This document shows, one piece after another, positions 18,776 through 27,042 of a stretch of DNA of 32,000 nucleotides (positions are counted from its first letter, which is position 1; each line of letters begins with the position of its first letter). The DNA lies in assembly GCF_900232105.1 (NCBI RefSeq), contig NZ_LT934425.1:2280001-2312000 (forward strand), given 5' to 3'. The position numbers and the translations under genes were made by a program. The notes beneath the pieces are model-generated. The model was not told the origin of the DNA, did no database searches, and saw nothing but the letters and a program-made list of their open reading frames with translations. Source of the DNA: Candidatus Kuenenia stuttgartensis. Its GTDB lineage: Bacteria > Planctomycetota > Brocadiia > Brocadiales > Brocadiaceae.

Positions 18776-18904
18776 TTATTTATACAGGTAAAAGGATTTA
18801 CCTGAATATTAATCAATTTCAACATATCCTTGTAATTAAAACTGTTAAATGTATAATCGTTTCAGGAAAAAATACATTGTTGTCAATAGGTTAGGTTTGA
18901 CCCC
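18710..18904. repeat. Direct repeat copy 1 (RAYT 3' end plus trailing noncoding)
   Basis: ctgcagaaagacgataccttaaggttcatgtataacc...ttgtcaataggttaggtttgacccc is repeated at 19904-20091. Confidence 0.9.
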
Positions 18905-18916
18905 ATGCCATACCCA

Positions 18917-19195
18917 TGGGTAAATATTGGTGATAAGGCGGCCGTCTTTGAGGCCACCCACGGTACTGCCCCCAAATATGCGGGAAAAGATATGGTTAAT
19001 CTGGGTTCAGTTATTTTATCAGGGGTAATGATGTTTGAGCATCTGGGCTGGGATGAGGCAGCAAACATGATTGTGAAGGCATTGGGAAAGGCTATTCAAA
19101 AGAAGACAGTTACGTATGACCTTGAACGTCAGATGAAGGGCGCTAAATTAGTCAAGTGTTCCGAGTTTGCCGATGAAATAATTAAGAATATGTGA
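18917..19195 (+). pseudogene. icd: 3' fragment of NADP-type isocitrate dehydrogenase
   Basis: [90 protein letters not shown]; only the C-terminal quarter is present. Confidence 0.85.
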
Positions 19196-19241
19196 GGTAA
19201 TTCTTCAGCCACAAACCTGAAATAAAGAAGGAGGGAACAAA

Positions 19242-19439
19242 ATGTCGGTCAAAGAAATGATAAAGAAAGAGATTGATAAACTTCCGGAAAATCTTCTTCC
19301 AGAGGTCTTTGATTTCATTCAGTTTTTAGAAAGCAAAAGAGAAAGAATCGTGATTGCAAGAGCCTCTCAGGACTTGTCCACTGCATCATTTCAAAAAATA
19401 TGGGACAATGAAGAGGATGCAGTTTATGACAGTCTATAA
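19242..19439 (+). CDS. Small antitoxin-like protein (DUF2281-like)
   Basis: MSVKEMIKKEIDKLPENLLPEVFDFIQFLESKRE, overlapping the downstream toxin gene. Confidence 0.7.
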   Translation: MSVKEMIKKEIDKLPENLLPEVFDFIQFLESKRERIVIARASQDLSTASFQKIWDNEEDAVYDSL

Positions 19440-19767
19440 TAGAGGAGATGTCGTTCTTGTCCCTTTTCCATTCAGCAACCAAACTATCATAAAGAAACGT
19501 CCGGCGGTAATTATTAGTTCTGATGTTTATAACAATACATCCTCTGACATTGTTATTATGGCAATTACGGGAAAAACAGGCAATCTTACCATAGGAGAAT
19601 GTTTAATAGAAGATTGGCAGAGTGCTGGTTTGTTAAAGCCTTCTTCTATCAAACCAGCCATATCAACTATTGAACAAAGCTTAGTTTTAAAGAAACTTGG
19701 CAAACTTTCGCCTAAAGACCTCATTTTAATGGAAAATGTACTAAAAGAATTTTTAGATTTGATATAA
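19426..19767 (+). CDS. MazF/PemK-family endoribonuclease toxin
   Basis: MTVYNRGDVVLVPFPFSNQTIIKKRPAVIISSDVYN...DIVIMAITGK; in frame with the listed ORF 19354-19767. Confidence 0.82.
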   Translation: MTVYNRGDVVLVPFPFSNQTIIKKRPAVIISSDVYNNTSSDIVIMAITGKTGNLTIGECLIEDWQSAGLLKPSSIKPAISTIEQSLVLKKLGKLSPKDLILMENVLKEFLDLI

Positions 19768-19903
19768 AGAAGATTTGCTTATTGACTTAGCTCACCCCTG
19801 GTTTTTACAATTACTTATTAACTTAGTTTGTCCAACACATAGGAAGGGGTCAAATCTTTACCATTGACAAATATGTAATTGATAAAGATTTGACCCCATC
19901 CCT

Positions 19904-20091
19904 CTGCAGAAAGACGATACCTTAAGGTTCATGTATAACCAGTGCAGTAATGCGCTCTCCGACGAATAGTTATTTATACAGGTAAAAGGATTTACCTGAA
20001 TATTAATCAATTTCAACATATCCTTATAATTAAAACTGTAATCATTTTAGGGAAAAAACATTCTTGTCAATAGGTTAGGTTTGACCCCATT
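19904..20091. repeat. Direct repeat copy 2
   Basis: Near-identical to 18710-18904. Confidence 0.9.
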
Positions 20092-20106
20092 GACTCCCCT
20101 TGCCAA

Positions 20107-20130
20107 TAGGTTAGGTTAGGTTAGGTTAGG
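20107..20130. repeat. (TTAGG)n short tandem repeat
   Basis: aataggttaggttaggttaggttagg followed by tttgacccc. Confidence 0.9.
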
Positions 20131-20180
20131 TTTGACCCCATTGACTTTGACTACACCCTAACTAAAAAAGGATTGATTCC

Positions 20181-21941
20181 ATGAAACAGCTTACCAAATT
20201 GTCAAATATTGATCAGTTCTTACCCAGATGGACGAAAAGAGTTATCGCAGAAACGGGTGGGCGAGACCCTCTTGGTTTATCAAGGGTTTCGGACATGATT
20301 GTCGAATTCCTTTTAACAGGTATTACTACTCAAACGAATAGAGCAAGATACTATTCATTTTACTGCTGGAATATCTGGAATATCTGGCATATTCATCTAA
20401 CGGAAAAGCCTCAGAAGTATAAAGATTTTGTTGACAGTTTTCGTAGAAGAGAGGCAGTACTTGCCATGTCCACATATGCCAACAATAGTAATACCTCACC
20501 TGTTGGCATTAAAGCCGCCCGTCCAATATTGGAGAAAGGATTCCAGAGAGGTGAGATGGACAGTAATTTTCGTGTTCTACCTTCGAATGCGCTGGGTGGC
20601 TATGGTCAGTATTACGGAGGAAGCCTGTATCAGCTTGGGTTGACGCGTCGCATTGAAAATGGAATTGACCATTTGAATAAAGGAATGGGAGAAGCATTGG
20701 CAGAAGCATTTCATTTATCTATTCATGAGACTCCTTACATCCAAAAGGAACTTTTTCGAAAAACAAAAATTCCACTTGTTGACTTTGATGGGTCTAAAAA
20801 ATTGCTGACTCTCGATGCCATCATGAAAAAATCTGGAGTCATAGAACGGAAACTTCTCATAGATCTGTTTTTCGGCTTCAATGGCACTACCATTTGTGAA
20901 AGCACCTTACTCAGAAGACACACCTTGGGTCAAATACTCCACATTCTGTGTGAATATGAAAGACATGATTTATATCTAAACCTAGATAGCATCGATGTCA
21001 TTTTTGTCTATGCGCCTTCTTACTTCGATGTCATTTGGTCTGAGGAGGATGATAAAACTATTCCATATAAATGTCCTGAAAAGTTTAGACGTTGTCACTC
21101 TCTTTGGAGGCAATTCTGTCTCCAACAATATTTTACAAATGCATTAGAAAACATACTATTTGCTGTTTTGGAAATAATAGGTAATGAATCAGCGGGTCTA
21201 ACTATAGAAAATATTGTTTTACGATTGATGGAGACCACATTTCTCAAAGTTTTACGAGAGAAAGCAGGAAAGGATTGCTATAGACCAAGAGAAATCCTTA
21301 AAGCTTTTAACATCGAAGACATTCCGACTCATGAAGCATCATACGATTTGCAACAATTGCTTATTCCAACTGCTAAAAATAGCGAATTTGATATCCTGAG
21401 GATATCTGAGGAAGACACAGGAAGTGTTACGGCTAAGGCAATGCTACTTTTAGCAGTTCTTTATGGAAAGTGGAGAGGAATTCAGGATGAAGAAGGCATG
21501 TGTTATGTACATGAACATGCTGGTAACGGCCTTTGGTTTTGGACGTTTATGCCAATCATTGATAAATGGCTGGACAAGAATACAAAGTGGGATGAAACAC
21601 TAGAAAGAATTATAAGATGTTTCATTGTTGATCAACATGATAGAATTATGTACGAGAAAAAGAGATTGGAAAGTTGCTGGTTCAGAACTGATGGAAATCG
21701 ACTATTTAAAGAACAGGAATACTCACCTAAATTTCGTGCTAATCGACATCTTCAAGCAGTTAATATTATGCGTGACTTATGTCTTATAGAATCTGACGAT
21801 GAAGGATACCTTTCGATTACCTCGAAAGGCAAAACAATTCTGAACAAAATACTGAACGAACATGAATGTGTAATAAGAAAGACAATCGATTCAATTTGCA
21901 TGAGATACTTGATAGTAGCTCCTATGATCATGCGCTCATAG
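20181..21941 (+). CDS. Unknown 586-aa protein, first gene of candidate operon (gene A)
   Basis: Long intact ORF: SNIDQFLPRWTKRVIAETGGRDPLGLSRVSDMIVEFLLTGITTQTNRARYYSFYCWNIW. Overlaps gene B. Confidence 0.85.
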   Translation: MKQLTKLSNIDQFLPRWTKRVIAETGGRDPLGLSRVSDMIVEFLLTGITTQTNRARYYSFYCWNIWNIWHIHLTEKPQKYKDFVDSFRRREAVLAMSTYANNSNTSPVGIKAARPILEKGFQRGEMDSNFRVLPSNALGGYGQYYGGSLYQLGLTRRIENGIDHLNKGMGEALAEAFHLSIHETPYIQKELFRKTKIPLVDFDGSKKLLTLDAIMKKSGVIERKLLIDLFFGFNGTTICESTLLRRHTLGQILHILCEYERHDLYLNLDSIDVIFVYAPSYFDVIWSEEDDKTIPYKCPEKFRRCHSLWRQFCLQQYFTNALENILFAVLEIIGNESAGLTIENIVLRLMETTFLKVLREKAGKDCYRPREILKAFNIEDIPTHEASYDLQQLLIPTAKNSEFDILRISEEDTGSVTAKAMLLLAVLYGKWRGIQDEEGMCYVHEHAGNGLWFWTFMPIIDKWLDKNTKWDETLERIIRCFIVDQHDRIMYEKKRLESCWFRTDGNRLFKEQEYSPKFRANRHLQAVNIMRDLCLIESDDEGYLSITSKGKTILNKILNEHECVIRKTIDSICMRYLIVAPMIMRS

Positions 21942-23329
21942 CTACGTATACTTTTGACCCAGAGTTCTTTGAGGAGTACTGTCTTGAAAAACTTAAAAGT
22001 CTAAGTGGAAATGGTAATATTTCTGTTCTCGTAGATAGGGGTGAATACGAAAAAGTCATAAAAGGAACAGACTCATCAATGCCACAAAAGGCAAATCTTC
22101 GTTATCTCTTACATCCAGTTTACGTTCTAGGTGCATTTCATTCAAAAATATTTCTTTTTGTAAATCAAGACCATGGCTTGCTTGTAATCGGAAGTGCAAA
22201 TTTTACCCGTCCAGGCCTTGCATCAAATGCAGAGTTGGTGTCATGCTACGAATATGAAGTTGAGGAAAAGGAACAATTTAAGTATTTGTTTATGTCTGCA
22301 TTTCACTATTTCAGACAAATAAGTAACTATTCTCTAAGTCAAACACTCGAATCCAATATTCGGGTAGTAGAACGGGAAATTGCCTGGTTAACTGAAGGGT
22401 ATAACAATGAAATAAACGAATCAAATCCAGTACTACTACATAACATTGATACCCCACTATGGGAACAGCTAAAGGCGAAAATTGAACAACCCGTTGATTC
22501 TATTTCTGTGCTTTCCAGATATTTCGACCCAACACCTACCCTTCTTGATAGAGTGGATCGAGATTTTAAACCGAAAAAAATTAAAATCTTTACTCAAAAC
22601 GGAATCACCACATTGACCTCACAATGGTTGAAACATCCGCTAGTGAGGAAGAGTAAAGTTGAGATATATCTATGTACATATAAAGATGAAGAACATAGCC
22701 AACCCCTTCATGCAAAAGCTATTGCTATCGAGAAAGATAAAAATATCGTATTTGCTTTTGGTAGTGCCAATTTTACTACACCAGCGATGTTGCGTACCAT
22801 GAACGATGGTAATGCTGAGGTAATCTTGTGTTTCCATGGCTTAAGTAAATCGAGTATAAGCCCAGAAAGGTTTTTTGATCCAGACAATACTGCCATTCTG
22901 CTTAATCATGAAAAACAATTGAATTTTACGCAGGAGGAGGACAAAAAATCTCCATCCAATAGATATGATATATTACTTAAAGAAGCCTTGCTTGAGGGTG
23001 AACGGTTGTGCCTGATCGCTGATATTTCTGAAAAATTTAGACAATACCCTCTCATTGCTGAAATCAGTTCTCCAAACAAACCTACGCAACAAGTTAAGTT
23101 GCAGCAGTTAGATGAAGGATACTACGACGCAGACCTTTCAGATGAAATGCTGAAGAATTTTGGTGATCAATCATCCGTTGTTCAAATAAAAGCTTTGATG
23201 AACGATGAATTGATTGCACTAAGCAATCCTCTTCTATTAACCCAATCTACAAGATATTCAAACCGGTGGAAGTGTGCGTCGCGAGCGACAAATAAAGGAA
23301 GCAATGCAAAGCACAGACAAGTTCCATGA
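21866..23329 (+). CDS. Phospholipase D superfamily protein / putative nuclease (gene B)
   Basis: Two HxK...GSANFT motifs: FHSKIFLFVNQDHGLLVIGSANFTRPG and LHAKAIAIEKDKNIVFAFGSANFTTPA. Confidence 0.88.
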   Translation: MCNKKDNRFNLHEILDSSSYDHALIATYTFDPEFFEEYCLEKLKSLSGNGNISVLVDRGEYEKVIKGTDSSMPQKANLRYLLHPVYVLGAFHSKIFLFVNQDHGLLVIGSANFTRPGLASNAELVSCYEYEVEEKEQFKYLFMSAFHYFRQISNYSLSQTLESNIRVVEREIAWLTEGYNNEINESNPVLLHNIDTPLWEQLKAKIEQPVDSISVLSRYFDPTPTLLDRVDRDFKPKKIKIFTQNGITTLTSQWLKHPLVRKSKVEIYLCTYKDEEHSQPLHAKAIAIEKDKNIVFAFGSANFTTPAMLRTMNDGNAEVILCFHGLSKSSISPERFFDPDNTAILLNHEKQLNFTQEEDKKSPSNRYDILLKEALLEGERLCLIADISEKFRQYPLIAEISSPNKPTQQVKLQQLDEGYYDADLSDEMLKNFGDQSSVVQIKALMNDELIALSNPLLLTQSTRYSNRWKCASRATNKGSNAKHRQVP

Positions 23330-24911
23330 AGCGCTCAAGGAGATGAACCACTCTGGTGATTTAGATCGCCAGATACAGTTCCTGATCTATTGTGATATTC
23401 CAGTAATTGAAGCAGAACAACCATTTGCACGTAGGGCAAGACCACCTTTGGATCGGAACAAGGAAATGCGAAACATTGGAGAACGGAATCTCAAACACTT
23501 TGTAGACCTTCACGAAGCAACCATTGACTTCATAAATAGGCATTTTGGAAAGCTCAAAAAACATATAAAAAATGGAACTATAAAAGGCATACCAAACTTT
23601 ATGCATATCTTTCTTGCCATTTGTTGGATTCTTGAGAACCAGATTGAAAGGGTAATTCAGGGGTTTAAGTCAAAATTAACACCGATGACTTCAAAAGAGT
23701 GGTATGACTACCGTGAACAACTTGATGAATATTTTAAATACTTCAAGGAAGTTATGGATTGTCTTTGGGGTGATTATCTAACGACCATGCTTAAACATCA
23801 CACCCGCCGGGAAATCAGGGAAAAACTCGATCCTGATTTCCACTATTTGAAGGATGTCTGTTCGCAGATGTTGGGATTTAGGTCAAGAATTGAGGTCTTG
23901 CGAAAATCTCAATTAAAGGTCCAACGTGAAAGTGGCAGGGCTTTAGTCCTTCCAGAGTATTTTGAATCCATTCTCAAAGAGGAAAAATGGCACATTTATT
24001 GTGAACATATAAACTCGTCCATTGTTCAAATCAGAGCTTTAGTTGAAAATAACTCGATTGTACCTAAAAATCAGGTTCTATCAACCAATTTTCAAGAGAT
24101 TAAAACTGGTAGAAGTATAGGATGTGAATATCAAATAAAGGAGGCGCAGCAAAGTACATTGCAGTGCATAGAAGCAATCAAAGAATTATACAACTCCAGC
24201 AATTCCAAGGCACTGAAACAGTTCCTGACTTTCTGTGATATTCCAGTAATCAAAAATATACAACCAATATTAGCATACAGCCCAAGACCTTCTTCTGGGT
24301 TGAGCAAGGAAACATGGAGACTTGGAGAATGGAATCTTAGACACTTCATAAATCATCACAAAGCGACACTTCACTTTATAGACAAACATTTTAGAAAGTT
24401 AGAGATACATATTAAAGATATACCTAAAGAGAACATACCAAACTTTATGCATATCTTCCTTGCCATTGGTTGGATTTTGAGGAACCAAATCGAAATGGCA
24501 ATTCACTGCCTTAAGACAAAAATAACTCCCATGTCTTTAGAAGAATGGCAAGAATACCTTAAACAACTGGATATATATTTTAAAAAGTTTAGACTACTCA
24601 TGGATTGTCTTTGGTATAAATATCTTTCTATCATGTTAAAATATTATGCACATGAGACAATACGGGAAAGGTTCGAACCAGATTTCCAATTTCTAAAAGA
24701 CATTTGTTCGCATATGCTTGGATTTCGACCAAGAATTGATATTCTATGTAAGTCTCATTTAAAAATTCAGAGATCAGACGGAACAATAATACTTCCTGAA
24801 TATTTCTCTTCTGTTTTCAATGAAAAGGATTGGAAATACTACTCCAATAATATAAAAAAGATTCATCGCGCTATTTTTAAACACTTTTTCAAAAAGAAAC
24901 ACAAATTATGA
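23274..24911 (+). CDS. Unknown 545-aa protein built of two copies of one domain (gene C)
   Basis: Tandem homologous halves, for example IPNFMHIFLAICWILENQIE / IPNFMHIFLAIGWILRNQIE. Start overlaps gene B; stop overlaps gene D by 4 nt. Confidence 0.85.
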   Translation: MRRERQIKEAMQSTDKFHEALKEMNHSGDLDRQIQFLIYCDIPVIEAEQPFARRARPPLDRNKEMRNIGERNLKHFVDLHEATIDFINRHFGKLKKHIKNGTIKGIPNFMHIFLAICWILENQIERVIQGFKSKLTPMTSKEWYDYREQLDEYFKYFKEVMDCLWGDYLTTMLKHHTRREIREKLDPDFHYLKDVCSQMLGFRSRIEVLRKSQLKVQRESGRALVLPEYFESILKEEKWHIYCEHINSSIVQIRALVENNSIVPKNQVLSTNFQEIKTGRSIGCEYQIKEAQQSTLQCIEAIKELYNSSNSKALKQFLTFCDIPVIKNIQPILAYSPRPSSGLSKETWRLGEWNLRHFINHHKATLHFIDKHFRKLEIHIKDIPKENIPNFMHIFLAIGWILRNQIEMAIHCLKTKITPMSLEEWQEYLKQLDIYFKKFRLLMDCLWYKYLSIMLKYYAHETIRERFEPDFQFLKDICSHMLGFRPRIDILCKSHLKIQRSDGTIILPEYFSSVFNEKDWKYYSNNIKKIHRAIFKHFFKKKHKL

Positions 24912-26095
24912 AAAGAGAAAAAAGGAAAGAAAAACTTAAGCACAAAAAAGACTTGGCTGCTAATAAAAAGTGGGAACAATTTGACAGAGTATTTGAAAGC
25001 ATAAGCATAAAAAAAGATTTTTCAAAGTTGCAAAGGAGCTTGAAGGAAAAAGTAATATCACGACGTTATCCATCTTTTCGTATAGAGTTATCTGATGAAT
25101 TAAAAAATGATTCCGAATCGATTTTGGTTGCGAAGGAAGTAGATGACTGTATTAAGCAATTAACTTTTGTACTAAAGCCCTTTAACACAACCATTAAAAT
25201 AAATGATTATTTCTCAGTTGCGGTTTCCGTTGCCCATTGTTTTAAAAATTGCGAAGAACTCTCATCCTTAGAAAATATAAAAACTGCTACGAGTTTGTTG
25301 TTGTCAGAGGAAAACATAGCTGCAGTAATAAAATGTTTGTATCAAAATATAGATGCAGTACTCATAGAACATAATAAAATGGACAGATTTTTTTTTTGGG
25401 CGTCTATAGAATGTAACACTTTACCAAACGGAAAGCCTATCAGGTTGATTCGAATACATAGACAACAGTGTATGTCTAAAAGTTTTTTTGTTGATGGACA
25501 GCAAAGAATTGCATATAAATGCGGTCAGTGTTTTATGCCTTATGGAATAAAATGGGCTGGCTTGGACAACAAAAATGTTGGGTTAACTGGCTTAGAAAAG
25601 AACATTCCTGTATACATTCAATCTCATGCGTTGGAAAGGTTATACGAAAGAATAGATTGTTTTGAAAACTCAAAAAGTCTTATTTACGATTATTTGTGGT
25701 GTTCCATCTTAAATGCAAAAGTTGTTAAAAGTACTAATGGAAAATATCTTATCGAATATTGGTTTAATTGTCACAAACTGGGTTATTTGGTAACAACGAT
25801 AAACGATGGAGTTGCTATAGTAAGAACATTTCTCTTTATCACAATGGATGGAACACCAGAAGGACTGTTATTGCACAAAAAACTCGGTATCAGAAGAGAT
25901 GATAAAGAATACTTACATCTCGACAAACTAAGAACCTACCTTATGACTGATATTCAAGAAGACACTGAATTACGTAATGTTTTTGAAGAATGTGGGTGTG
26001 GGCATTTATTTAAGGTTGTTAAGGAAGATGCGGTAATATGCCGAACGACTGGAGATGCTAAAGACATTCGTAAATACTTAAATCTAGGTAGTTGA
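24908..26095 (+). CDS. Unknown 395-aa protein with SHALERLYER motif (gene D)
   Basis: Intact ORF, 4-nt start/stop overlap with gene C. Contains CGQC and IQSHALERLYERIDCFENSKSLIYDYLW. Confidence 0.85.
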   Translation: MKREKRKEKLKHKKDLAANKKWEQFDRVFESISIKKDFSKLQRSLKEKVISRRYPSFRIELSDELKNDSESILVAKEVDDCIKQLTFVLKPFNTTIKINDYFSVAVSVAHCFKNCEELSSLENIKTATSLLLSEENIAAVIKCLYQNIDAVLIEHNKMDRFFFWASIECNTLPNGKPIRLIRIHRQQCMSKSFFVDGQQRIAYKCGQCFMPYGIKWAGLDNKNVGLTGLEKNIPVYIQSHALERLYERIDCFENSKSLIYDYLWCSILNAKVVKSTNGKYLIEYWFNCHKLGYLVTTINDGVAIVRTFLFITMDGTPEGLLLHKKLGIRRDDKEYLHLDKLRTYLMTDIQEDTELRNVFEECGCGHLFKVVKEDAVICRTTGDAKDIRKYLNLGS

Positions 26096-26097
26096 AA

Positions 26098-26400
26098 ATG
26101 AAAAATCAAAAAAGCAACAAAAGATACAATGCGATACTGTTTGATATAGTTGGTACTTTGCTAACAAGACAGTCCGCAGATTTTCAAGTGTTCGCGGGGC
26201 GTTGTCAGGAAACCGGAATCACAATAGATTTAGATACTGCACGGAGAGGCTGGAAACAATCTGAGAGGTGGATTTTCTGAAGGAAATGGCTGGCGAACCC
26301 AGGATGCCTGACCACGAATTTTTCAGATGACCTGATTCCATTGCCTTGCGAACGGCGTTTGGCGAGAAGTCAGATGAAGAGATATGGAAAATGGTTTCTC
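26098..26400 (+). pseudogene. HAD-superfamily hydrolase, decayed N-terminal fragment
   Basis: YNAILFDIVGTLLTRQSADFQVFAGRCQETGITIDLDTARRGWKQSERW, then frame breaks (another frame reads KEMAGEPRMPDHEFFR). Confidence 0.6.
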
Positions 26401-26517
26401 TTATTCTCCCGCTTCAAGGCCCAAGACAGTCATGAGAAGTAATCGCTGGAAAATTTCACAAATCGCCCTAATTATTAAGTTGCGTTTAATGATGGTAGAG
26501 GATTAACATTTCGATTC

Positions 26518-26939
26518 GGGTGCATTCCCGATTTTTTGTAACTATCTGCACAATGTAACACAAGTATCCTGCATGTGATATTTAATACACAAGCTGCCTG
26601 CCTATACGTCCCGGCACGCAGACAGGCGACTCGCCCAGACCGGGACGGTCTGGCTACCTTCGGAAACGTACGCAGACAGGGAAGCATCGTAGAGACAGGT
26701 TTCAAACCTGTCTCTACAATGACCTATATTTTTATGCCCCACTAATTGTTTATAGCCAATAGTATCTATTTTTCTAAAATTTAATATATACTCCAGGTAT
26801 CAATAGATGGGTGGCACAGGCTTTTTGCCTGTGCGGAATACAGGCAGGATGCCTGTACCACCCTTGCAATAAATTCTATTATTCATCTTCCGAAAACCTT
26901 ATTTTTTGACTATATTTACAAAAAATCGGGAATGCACCC
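26518..26939. repeat. MITE-like composite element, family R1, copy 3 (inverted, both TIRs)
   Basis: Starts gggtgcattcccgattttttgtaa and ends ttacaaaaaatcgggaatgcaccc, a near-perfect 24-nt terminal inverted repeat. Confidence 0.85.
26689..26717. repeat. Palindrome with GTAGAGAC/GTCTCTAC arms, core 1 again
   Basis: gtagagacaggtttcaaacctgtctctac, identical to 11357-11385. Confidence 0.9.
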
Positions 26940-27042
26940 TTTCGATTCTCATGAGAGATGTATACTAAAGCAGAACGATTCAATCCCGATAATTTATATG
27001 ATCTAATTAATTGGAAAGATAGATAACTAACATTTTTGCGTT

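Noticed and set aside
18883-19068. Minus-strand 61-aa ORF
   Set aside because: Antisense to the icd fragment.
20107-20130. (TTAGG)n as a telomere-like end
   Set aside because: Only about four units inside a bacterial contig; it is better explained as slippage in the repeated ggttaggtttgacccc boundary.
22708-22896. Minus-strand ORF within gene B
   Set aside because: Antisense to the PLD motif region.
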